From the NCBI GenBank assembly GCA_037138355.1, contig JBAXIL010000025.1, forward strand, positions 1 to 25,424: 25,424 nucleotides of DNA, given 5' to 3'. The notes under the pieces are model-generated. The model searched no databases. It was given only the letters and a program-made list of their open reading frames with translations, and was not told where the DNA came from. How positions within the stretch are numbered: position 1 is the first letter of the stretch; every line of letters starts with the position of its first letter. This document shows positions 18,032 through 25,424 of this stretch, in pieces. The translations under genes and the position numbers were made by a program. This DNA is from a bacterium. GTDB taxonomy: Bacteria > Oederibacteriota > PGYV01 > Palsa-1178.

Positions 18032-18813
18032 GCGTAGCTCACCTTCACAAACACAGCATTATCTTTTATTTCTATGTTTGCTAACCTTACTTCATCACAA
18101 TTATAGTTTAAGCCAGCATCTACTATGCCACCAGCATAAACCACACCTGCTATTATTCCCCACATCAAAGCTGAGGTCCACGATTCCTTTGCTTGTGTAT
18201 ATGCTATATCTTGATTTTCATTTGTCCTTGAATACTTTTCATATTTTGTCTTTTCATCATTAACATTATATATAGCAAGACTCGCAGCAACTATGAAAAT
18301 GCTTCCATCTATAAAGCCCTTTGCTATTTGATTATTGTAAAACTGCCCCCAGCTCGGCAAAATAGCTGCGCGCCAAATAGAATCAAAAGGCTCTCTTACC
18401 ACCTTTACAGAAGTTCTTTTCTCTATTATGTTTTTATAGTAATCCATGAACTCCAAAGCATCTTTGTCTTTGCTATCATATTTTAATACAATTTTGAAAA
18501 CGCGATAAGCATAATTGTGATTATTGAGCTTGTAGTAACAAAATGCCATTTTTTTCCATGCTTTAACATTTTTTGGTTCAGCTTTTGTCACAGCATAAAA
18601 ATATTTGACAGCATTTGTATAATCGGCTTTATTGAAAAGCACATCCCCATATCTATAGTATTTTTCTGTCAGTGATAGGGCGCTGCTTACTGGTGCTACT
18701 ATATTTTGATTAATTGCTACATTATTGTTTATTTGTGTATTATCTTGACCTGTGGCTGCAAAGGCAGTAGATGCTATAAATAAAACAAAAACTAACAAAA
18801 ACTTTTTTTTCAT
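18025..18813 (-). CDS. Exported TPR-repeat protein with a C-terminal DUF5683-like membrane domain
   Basis: Signal peptide MKKKFLLVFVLFIASTAFA after a GGAG SD (start 18813 rather than 18888). Two TPR-like repeats, 'SIWRAAILPSWGQFYN' motif, two hydrophobic helices. Confidence 0.75.
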   Translation of the reverse strand: MKKKFLLVFVLFIASTAFAATGQDNTQINNNVAINQNIVAPVSSALSLTEKYYRYGDVLFNKADYTNAVKYFYAVTKAEPKNVKAWKKMAFCYYKLNNHNYAYRVFKIVLKYDSKDKDALEFMDYYKNIIEKRTSVKVVREPFDSIWRAAILPSWGQFYNNQIAKGFIDGSIFIVAASLAIYNVNDEKTKYEKYSRTNENQDIAYTQAKESWTSALMWGIIAGVVYAGGIVDAGLNYNCDEVRLANIEIKDNAVFVKVSYAW

Positions 18814-18926
18814 CTGCCTCTCCAAAGTTTTTTTCCACCCATATAACCCTCTATCACTATCTATACTTAATATATGCCATTTAAACACTCTAATGGCTGT
18901 TTGTCAATCATTGCGGTTATCTGTAA

Positions 18927-19376
18927 CTATTTCTTCTTTTTTATAACCAAAAAAAATAGAGTTCCAAAACCTATTATTATAAGAGCCAAAGAAATTATAT
19001 TTGCTCCCTTTTTCAAAATAAAGACGAGATATAAGACACCAAGCAAAAGAAGCGCAATCTGCATGACTAACCTGCCTGTCACGCTTGTGAATGCTTTTTG
19101 CATGGACAGTATTCTTCTCGCAGCAGGCGGCAAAGCGCTATCTGAGTTTATTTTACCCATACGATACTTAACTCTGCTTCTAAAACCGCCTTCAAGAAGA
19201 GAATTCAAACGCTGATTTTCTTTCTGTTTAGACATCACATCTTGCCACAAAAGCAATTCACGCTTACAAATCAGACATGTCTCTATATGTTTATCCATAG
19301 CCAATAGTTCTTCTTCCACATGAATCTCATGTGAAGCATATTCTTTAAGTTTTTTTCTAACTTCCTTACATTCCAT
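18927..19376 (-). CDS. zf-HC2 (ZAS-type) zinc-finger membrane protein, anti-sigma-factor-like
   Basis: N-terminal MxC...HIETCLIC (C-H-xxx-C-xx-C) and two C-terminal TM helices. Confidence 0.8.
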   Translation of the reverse strand: MECKEVRKKLKEYASHEIHVEEELLAMDKHIETCLICKRELLLWQDVMSKQKENQRLNSLLEGGFRSRVKYRMGKINSDSALPPAARRILSMQKAFTSVTGRLVMQIALLLLGVLYLVFILKKGANIISLALIIIGFGTLFFLVIKKKK

Positions 19377-19435
19377 TTTGTCCTACCTTTATGTTTGATC
19401 GCTCCAACCTTAAAATTTATAGTAAAGCAATTTTT

Positions 19436-19789
19436 TTATCCCAAACCCTCAAGTCTTATAATCAGTTTTTTGACTTCGTTTTTGTCAGTATTAAATCTTC
19501 TGATATACGACCTGTCTTTTTCTATCAATTGCACAAATTTTTTCAGTTCTTTCTCGCTTACTTTCAATCTTTTGATATAAGTGAGAAACTCTGGCATATT
19601 TTTAAAAACATATTCAAGCTCTAAGGATCTATTAAAATAATCTTTTGGACCTTTAAAATTACAAAGCATTAAGTTATGCACTATCTGAAAGTTTTCTACT
19701 GCTTTTTCTGTTTTTTCATAGTGCCAGCGGACTATGGCCTCTTGACTTTTTATTTTTTTATGGCAAAAATCACAATCAAAAGGTTTCAT
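19436..19789 (-). CDS. Hypothetical protein with N-terminal CxxC
   Basis: 117-aa ORF filling the gap in the dominant orientation. CDFCH plus a downstream HxxxxC. Confidence 0.65.
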   Translation of the reverse strand: MKPFDCDFCHKKIKSQEAIVRWHYEKTEKAVENFQIVHNLMLCNFKGPKDYFNRSLELEYVFKNMPEFLTYIKRLKVSEKELKKFVQLIEKDRSYIRRFNTDKNEVKKLIIRLEGLG

Positions 19790-19959
19790 TTCAGCAATAT
19801 AAATATTTTATATTATTTTTTTTCTTTGTAAACATTTGTTTTGTTTTCATATTGATGACTTTTCCTTTTCTTTCTAATTTTTCTTTTTTCTAAACCTTTT
19901 TACCACTTACACTACTAAAACTATGCTTTACTGACTTTGTTAGTTTTAACTAACTTGGT

Positions 19960-21051
19960 CTACTTTACTTTACCCTCATGTATTTTAAACTCTTTTGCCG
20001 CTTCAAAACCCCTAAGATTTTCTTTATATGTAGTCGTAATCAATATCTGCTTAAACAACGAGAATGTTTTTCCTATAAAACCTCTATTTGGTTCATCAAG
20101 CTCGGATGAGAAATCATCTAACAGAACTACAGGATAACTTCCCCTTTTTCTTTTAATCAAAAGACCTTCCGCCAACTTCATTAGTATAGTAGTGATTCTC
20201 TGTTGTCCTTCTGAAGCATAGCTCTTAGCAGCTTGATTATTATATGATATTTCTATATCATCCCTATGTGGACCTATGAGGGTTATGCTTCTGGCTATCT
20301 CATCTTCTATTTTTGCTTTAAAAAACTCAGTATAACAAGCTTTTAGCTCTTCAGGTGTGCCTGAAGTATAATTTTTAGATATATAAGTAAGCTTAACATC
20401 AAACTTTCCTTCTGTAAGTTCCTTTTTAAGTATTGTATTAAGTTCTTCTACTGCCGCATAACGCGCTAATAATAGCTTAATACCATTATCCATAACCATA
20501 TTGTTCCAAACATCCAGATTTTCTCGCTTGATTCTACCTTCCCTAATACCTTTAAGCAGATAGTTACGATGTGAAACCTCTTTATTATACTTCATAAGCG
20601 TCATAAAATACTCATTATCTATCTGGGATAACAAATCATCAAGAAAGCGGCGTCTAAGTGCTGGTTCTCCCTTTACAATCATAATGTTTTCTGGAGAAAA
20701 TAGCACTACAGGTATCATACCTACTATCATAGATACCTTAGCAAGCTTAGTTCCGTTTACTTTAAGGGATTTTTTTCTATTTATAGGATCATAATCTATC
20801 ATAAAGGTCTTTTCTATATCATTATCTACCGCATCTATGCTCACCTGTGCGTTTTCCCTGCCCTGCTTAACCATTATGGTGTCTTCAGCCGTTCTAAAAG
20901 ACCTTCCCATAGCAGTCCAGTATATAGCTTCCAGTATATTTGTCTTACCTGTACCATTTTCCCCAAAGAAAACATTAATTCCAGGTGTCAATGTGAGCTT
21001 TAAAGTATCATAGTTCCTAAAATTCTTAAGTTCCATTCTTTTTATATACAT
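19960..21051 (-). CDS. recF: DNA replication/repair protein RecF
   Basis: NFRNY, GENGTGKTNILEAI, SFR, RRRFLD, GPHRDD, ASEGQQR, LLDDFSSELD. Confidence 0.97.
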   Translation of the reverse strand: MYIKRMELKNFRNYDTLKLTLTPGINVFFGENGTGKTNILEAIYWTAMGRSFRTAEDTIMVKQGRENAQVSIDAVDNDIEKTFMIDYDPINRKKSLKVNGTKLAKVSMIVGMIPVVLFSPENIMIVKGEPALRRRFLDDLLSQIDNEYFMTLMKYNKEVSHRNYLLKGIREGRIKRENLDVWNNMVMDNGIKLLLARYAAVEELNTILKKELTEGKFDVKLTYISKNYTSGTPEELKACYTEFFKAKIEDEIARSITLIGPHRDDIEISYNNQAAKSYASEGQQRITTILMKLAEGLLIKRKRGSYPVVLLDDFSSELDEPNRGFIGKTFSLFKQILITTTYKENLRGFEAAKEFKIHEGKVK

Positions 21052-21205
21052 ATAATCTCCTATTTATTAATTACTATACTTTAAAACAAGTTTGCACAGT
21101 TTTCAACTGCTAATTTAACCAATAGATATGCGTACAAATAGCTGTTTAAAATCACTTGATATTATATAAACCAAACACCTATATTATCTTCTTTTTAAGT
21201 TCTAT

Positions 21206-21221
21206 TGTTCTACGTGGAACA
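21206..21221. other. parS site (ParB-binding palindrome)
   Basis: TGTTCTACGTGGAACA, one mismatch from the palindrome TGTTCCACGTGGAACA (consensus TGTTNCACGTGAAACA family). Confidence 0.8.
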
Positions 21222-21262
21222 TTTACATTCCGACGAATAATTTTTTTGTTTTCAAACTACAT

Positions 21263-21278
21263 TGTTCCACATGGAACA
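21263..21278. other. parS site (ParB-binding palindrome)
   Basis: TGTTCCACATGGAACA, one mismatch from TGTTCCACGTGGAACA, 41 nt from the first copy. Confidence 0.8.
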
Positions 21279-21380
21279 TTTTGTAATAGTTTGTTTTGTC
21301 TAATAACTAAAAAAGTAATTAACATATACAATTAGAAGTTTAAAAATATATTATAAGTACCATAACCCCTAAAACTGTTT

Positions 21381-22100
21381 TTATAAGGGCTTTTTCTTTA
21401 TGGTTCCAAATAGTCTTGGATATTTGAAAGGTGTTTTCCACAGTTTATTCACAGTGACTAATGAATGATTTCCCATATCTTCTGGCAATACATAATCATA
21501 TATGTCGCCCAGTTCGCATCCTAAATCATTTAAACACTTCATATCTTTTGTTATCTCTGTTGCCTGCTTTGCACTTGCATAGTATACGACCTGTCCGCCT
21601 TGTTTTACCAACCCTACTGATAGCTCAAGCGCTACAGAAAAAGCCGCCAAAGCTCTCATAACAGCTAAATCAAAGGTTTCACGAAGTTGTCTGCTTTGAC
21701 TGATTTCCTCAGATCTGCCTTTAAGTATTGTTATATTCTTCAATCCGAGTGTTTCTCTCACCTGTTTGAGAAAGGATATTTTCTTTCCATTGGCATCACT
21801 TAAGAAAATTTGCTTTTCTGGATATATTATAGCCAGAGGAAGACCTGGAAAACCTGCCCCAGTACCTATGTCTACCATTGTTTGCCACGACTTACATTTG
21901 TTTGACTTGACTAACATGATAGAATCTAAGAAATGTTTTATTATTACTTCCCTATCATCGGTTATAGAAGTGAGATTAAACTTTTCATTCCATTCTTTTA
22001 AAAGTTCTAAGTATAAAGCAAACTTTCCTGCGATTTCATCTGTGCCTAATTGTCCATCCGACATACTTAGGTAATTTTTAATCATTTTTATATCTGCCAT
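21381..22100 (-). CDS. rsmG: 16S rRNA m7G527 methyltransferase (GidB)
   Basis: WNEKFNLTSI, KHFLDS, DIGTGAGFPGLPLAI, FD...RA, TP.KYPR..G...KKPL. Confidence 0.97.
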   Translation of the reverse strand: MADIKMIKNYLSMSDGQLGTDEIAGKFALYLELLKEWNEKFNLTSITDDREVIIKHFLDSIMLVKSNKCKSWQTMVDIGTGAGFPGLPLAIIYPEKQIFLSDANGKKISFLKQVRETLGLKNITILKGRSEEISQSRQLRETFDLAVMRALAAFSVALELSVGLVKQGGQVVYYASAKQATEITKDMKCLNDLGCELGDIYDYVLPEDMGNHSLVTVNKLWKTPFKYPRLFGTIKKKPL

Positions 22101-22106
22101 ATACGG

Positions 22107-22135
22107 ATTATGACACGACCGACTTTATTCTTCAA
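22107..22135 (-). promoter_or_regulatory. Putative sigma70 promoter for rsmG, probably leaderless
   Basis: Minus strand TTGAAG, 17 nt, CATAAT with extended -10 TG, ending 6 nt before the ATG. Confidence 0.55.
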
Positions 22136-22195
22136 GTTAAAAAGACTTGCCCTATTTACTTACCTGCGTTATTATTAAACAAAAGGAGAAATAAA

Positions 22196-23242
22196 ATGCG
22201 CGATGAAATTTTTAAACTTGAAAATTATGATTACATATTTCCTAAAGAGCTTATAGCACAGACGCCGCTTGCTGATAGGGCAGCATCTAAATTAATGATT
22301 TTAGATAAGCAGACCGGCAATATAACACACTCGACATTTTCTTCGATAATAGATTATATAAATCCTGGTGATTGTCTTGTAGTCAATGACACGAAAGTAA
22401 TTCCAGCTAACCTCGAAGGGAAGACAGAAAAAAATGGTTCTGCAATTAGCATACTGATTTTAGATAATCTGCATGCTAATGTCTGGGATGTTCTCATGAA
22501 AAACTCCCGTAGAGTCAAAGAAGGAGAGTTTGTACTTTTTTCAGAAGACATAAAACTTAAAGTCAAAAAGAAAAAAGGGAAGTTGGTAGAAGCAGAGTTT
22601 AATTTCGCACCTGAAGAACTTATTAAAAAATTATGGTTGGCAGGTTCTATGCCTTTACCTCCTTATATAAAGGAAGAGATTCGTAATAAAAAACATCGCG
22701 AGAGATATCAAACCGTTTATGCTTTAAATCAAGGTGCAGTGGCAGCTCCAACTGCCGGACTTCATTTTACACCTTCCTTATTAGCAGCACTTAAAGAAAA
22801 AGATATTAAAATAGCCCCAGTAACCCTACATGTAGGCCTTGGAACATTTGAATCAATAGAAACCCAGGACATAAGACAGCACAAAATGCACTCCGAAAAC
22901 TACGAAATCACCGAAACTTCTGCCAAAATCATAAATACTGCAATAAAATCAGGTAATAAAGTAATAGCCGTAGGAACTACTTCTATGAGAGTGCTTGAAT
23001 CAGCCTACCAAAACAAAAGGGAATTAACAGCCCAAAAGGGAGCTACTTCTATATATATATACCCCGGCTATGAGTTTAAGATAGTAAACCACCTAATTAC
23101 GAACTTTCATCTTCCAAAAACTTCTCTATTGGCATTGGTATCTGCCTTTGCCGGTTTAGAAAATATTAAGGCCGCCTATAAATCCGCAATAAATGATAAA
23201 TATAGATTGTTTTCTTATGGCGACTCAATGCTCATATTGTAA
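22196..23242 (+). CDS. queA: S-adenosylmethionine:tRNA ribosyltransferase-isomerase
   Basis: ELIAQTP, VVNDTKVIPA, MPLPPYI, YQTVYA, AAPTAGLHF, TLHVGLGTF, TNFHLPK, YRLFSYGDSM. AAGGAG SD. Confidence 0.97.
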   Translation: MRDEIFKLENYDYIFPKELIAQTPLADRAASKLMILDKQTGNITHSTFSSIIDYINPGDCLVVNDTKVIPANLEGKTEKNGSAISILILDNLHANVWDVLMKNSRRVKEGEFVLFSEDIKLKVKKKKGKLVEAEFNFAPEELIKKLWLAGSMPLPPYIKEEIRNKKHRERYQTVYALNQGAVAAPTAGLHFTPSLLAALKEKDIKIAPVTLHVGLGTFESIETQDIRQHKMHSENYEITETSAKIINTAIKSGNKVIAVGTTSMRVLESAYQNKRELTAQKGATSIYIYPGYEFKIVNHLITNFHLPKTSLLALVSAFAGLENIKAAYKSAINDKYRLFSYGDSMLIL

Positions 23243-23283
23243 TATCCTATATTTGAAAGAATAGTTTCATCAACCATAATTCA

Positions 23284-23335
23284 AATTACCTATAACTGCC
23301 TATTTAAATCTCAAATTAGGTATATGTAATTTTTT
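23284..23335 (+). terminator. Possible weak intrinsic terminator after queA
   Basis: Imperfect stem AATTAC...TGCCTA-loop-TAGGTA...GTAATT followed by a T run. Confidence 0.3.
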
Positions 23336-23337
23336 AC

Positions 23338-23366
23338 TTGACTATTAACAGGTAATTTGTTAAGTT
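23338..23366 (+). promoter_or_regulatory. Putative sigma70 promoter for the outer-membrane protein genes
   Basis: TTGACT, 17 nt, TAAGTT with extended -10 TG. Confidence 0.45.
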
Positions 23367-23513
23367 TAAGTTAAGAAAATAAGAATATATAGTTAACCAC
23401 TAGCCGGGCTCATAAATTTACACAAAAATTTTAGTTTTTAGTAACTGGCGAAAATACAAAGATAAATAAAATAGTATATATTCATAATTATAATAACTTT
23501 AGGGGGTATGAGA

Positions 23514-24806
23514 ATGAAAAAAATTTTAGTTGTCTTAGCAGTGCTTTCACTTTTTGCAAGTATGGCAATGGCTTCAGAAACAAGAATTGAAGGTCTTGGA
23601 CTAAATAGTGATTTTGTTGATGGTCCTGGCATTTATTTCGGTCCTAACTCTTGGATGATTTCAGATGCTTCTAATGTAAATCTTTTCCCTGCAACAATAT
23701 TAAAATACCCAAAGCTTGCTGTTTTTGAATATAATGGAAGCGATCTTAATTCCTATGTCAATATGAAATTATTTGGTGGAGTGCTTGGTCTTTACACAAA
23801 CACCAATACCAATATTTACCTTCTTGAAAACAGTGTAAACTCAGGTGTACTTTATGGGCGCAACCTATCTGACATTATGTCAATTGCAGTCGGTGTCACT
23901 TACCAACAGTATCTTGACAAACAAGTAGAGAACTCAACAGAAGTTCCTGTTTCAAATAACAAAGATATATATGTCAATGAGTTTAGTAATGCCATCGGTA
24001 TTAACCTTGGTTTAAGTTTACTTGGTGACATACCTATGGATTTTGGTTTATCAGTAGCAATACCTCTTCTTGTAAATAATGAAGACACCTATTTTGATAC
24101 TGCTGGCGTTAAAACAGTGCTTGAACTGACAAAAGATTCTGGTATTCAAGCCAAACTCCGTGGTAAAGCAACTCTTGGAGATATGGCTGTAGGTCTTGGA
24201 GTTCAATTATATACAGATAAATATGAAGATATTAGTCAGCATTTTACGAGTACAGGAGCACTTAGTTATGATTGGTATCGTACAAACTATTATCAGAGTA
24301 TCATGGTTCAGCTCGGTACAGTAAAAACAATAAAGTTAGATAAAACAACAATCTTTGCTGGAACTCAGCTCGAAATGGCTTTCACCAATAATTATTGGGC
24401 AAATGGCTATGACAAAACTATTCAAATAAAAACTGACTCAACTGAATATTACGACGGCTTATGGATTAATGTACCTCTTATCATAGGAGCAGAAACTAAA
24501 ATAAATGATAACTGGACGCTAAGAGCTGGTGCAAGAAAAGCAATGTGGAACAATGATACATATAAAAACTTTTATAAAAACGCAGATGGAAAAATCACAA
24601 GTTCAGGCGATACCTACACCCAATCTAACACAAACGACCTCAATGTAAACTTCGGTGCTACTTTTGAAGTCTCTGCATTCTCAATTGACTTCCTTGTCAA
24701 TAAAGATCTTATCTTAAGCGGACCAGAGTTTATTACAGGTAAAGGTGCTTACGGAGACAACACAACTCCTTGGGCTTCAAAGATTGCTTTAAACTTTAAG
24801 TGGTAA
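23514..24806 (+). CDS. Putative outer-membrane beta-barrel protein (FadL/PorV-like N-terminal motif), paralog 1
   Basis: Signal peptide ending AMA, amphipathic beta strands, terminal aromatic (ALNFKW). Second ATG (23514) fits the AGGGGG SD better than 23508. Confidence 0.75.
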   Translation: MKKILVVLAVLSLFASMAMASETRIEGLGLNSDFVDGPGIYFGPNSWMISDASNVNLFPATILKYPKLAVFEYNGSDLNSYVNMKLFGGVLGLYTNTNTNIYLLENSVNSGVLYGRNLSDIMSIAVGVTYQQYLDKQVENSTEVPVSNNKDIYVNEFSNAIGINLGLSLLGDIPMDFGLSVAIPLLVNNEDTYFDTAGVKTVLELTKDSGIQAKLRGKATLGDMAVGLGVQLYTDKYEDISQHFTSTGALSYDWYRTNYYQSIMVQLGTVKTIKLDKTTIFAGTQLEMAFTNNYWANGYDKTIQIKTDSTEYYDGLWINVPLIIGAETKINDNWTLRAGARKAMWNNDTYKNFYKNADGKITSSGDTYTQSNTNDLNVNFGATFEVSAFSIDFLVNKDLILSGPEFITGKGAYGDNTTPWASKIALNFKW

Positions 24807-24834
24807 TTTAAAATAAAAAATTAGGAGAAAAAAA

Positions 24835-25424
24835 ATGAAAAAAGTTTTAGTGGTTTTTGCAGCTCTTGTTCTTTTCGCAAGTATGACAATGGCATATATG
24901 TCAGGGTCATCAGGAGTACGCCTTGAAGGTCTCGGACTTAACAGCGAACCATTTTATGCACCTGACTCTTGGATGGTTTCAGATGCAGCCAATGTAAATA
25001 TTTTTCCAGCAACAATTTTACAATACCCAAAGCTCGCTGTATTTGAGTACGCCGGTGGAGACCTTACTTCCTATGTTAATCTGGATTTACTTGGTGGAGT
25101 GGTCGGTCTTTACACCAACAACAACATCTACAGCAACATTGTCAACAACACAAACTCAGGAATTATTTATGGGCGCAACCTATCTGACACGATGTCAATT
25201 GGAGTAGGCATCACTTACCAACAGTATCTTGATAAACAGGTTCAAAACCCAACTGAAGATCCTGTTTCAACTGATAAAAATATATATGTCAATGAGTTTA
25301 GTAATGCTATCGGTATCAATCTTGGTTTAAGTTTACTTGGCGAAATACCTATGGATTTTGGACTATCGTTGACACTTCCGCTTCTTATCAATAACGAAGA
25401 CACCTATTTTAATCCTGCTGGAGA
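24835..25424 (+). CDS. Putative outer-membrane beta-barrel protein, paralog 2 (partial, runs off the window)
   Basis: AGGAG SD and ATG at 24835, open to the window end: MKKVLVVFAALVLFASMTMA...RLEGLGLNS...SWMVSDAANVNIFPATILQYPKLAVFEY..., colinear with the upstream gene. Not in the ORF track. Confidence 0.85.
   Translation, partial: MKKVLVVFAALVLFASMTMAYMSGSSGVRLEGLGLNSEPFYAPDSWMVSDAANVNIFPATILQYPKLAVFEYAGGDLTSYVNLDLLGGVVGLYTNNNIYSNIVNNTNSGIIYGRNLSDTMSIGVGITYQQYLDKQVQNPTEDPVSTDKNIYVNEFSNAIGINLGLSLLGEIPMDFGLSLTLPLLINNEDTYFNPAG

Noticed and set aside
19791..19850. 19-codon minus-strand ORF (MKTKQMFTKKKNNIKYLYC) between recF and the 117-aa gene
   Set aside because: Very short and low complexity. 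It overlaps a plausible TTTACA/TAAAAT promoter, and there is no supporting evidence.
21206..21278. The TGTTC...GAACA palindromes upstream of recF read as LexA boxes
   Set aside because: The spacer is 6 nt with a CACGTG-like core, matching parS. They do not fit GAAC-N4-GTTC or TGTTC-N4-GAACA, and no copy occurs in the lexA promoter.
22101..22195. preQ1 riboswitch upstream of queA
   Set aside because: No preQ1-I-like stem-loop with an A-rich tail. The 95-nt gap is accounted for by two divergent promoters and an SD.

Overview
AT-rich bacterial chromosomal window from a diderm organism (AsmA-family gene, outer-membrane beta-barrels, lipoproteins). It is mostly housekeeping genes on the minus strand: ppnP, dinB, a LOG-family gene, a GNAT, amrA-like, CapA-family, AsmA-family, lexA-recA, aroE, pmbA, rsmE, recF and rsmG. 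The plus strand carries lepB, a tRNA with a CAT anticodon (probably Ile2), queA, and two tandem paralogous outer-membrane proteins, the second truncated by the window edge and missing from the ORF track. I see no transposase, integrase, CRISPR array or rRNA. The most informative non-coding signals are: two near-consensus parS palindromes between rsmG and recF, with a tandem DnaA-box pair in the 3' end of rsmG; a candidate non-canonical LexA operator (TATACA-N3-TGTATA) inside a consensus lexA promoter; apparently leaderless lexA and rsmG; and a two-hairpin, strand-specific structured 5' leader before an uncharacterised 595-aa gene. A secreted DUF11/lectin-fold protein with a T9SS-like/FlgD-Ig C-terminus and the FadL/PorV-like barrels hint, speculatively, at a C-terminal-domain-based surface export route. 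All family calls come from motif recognition by eye, with no database search.
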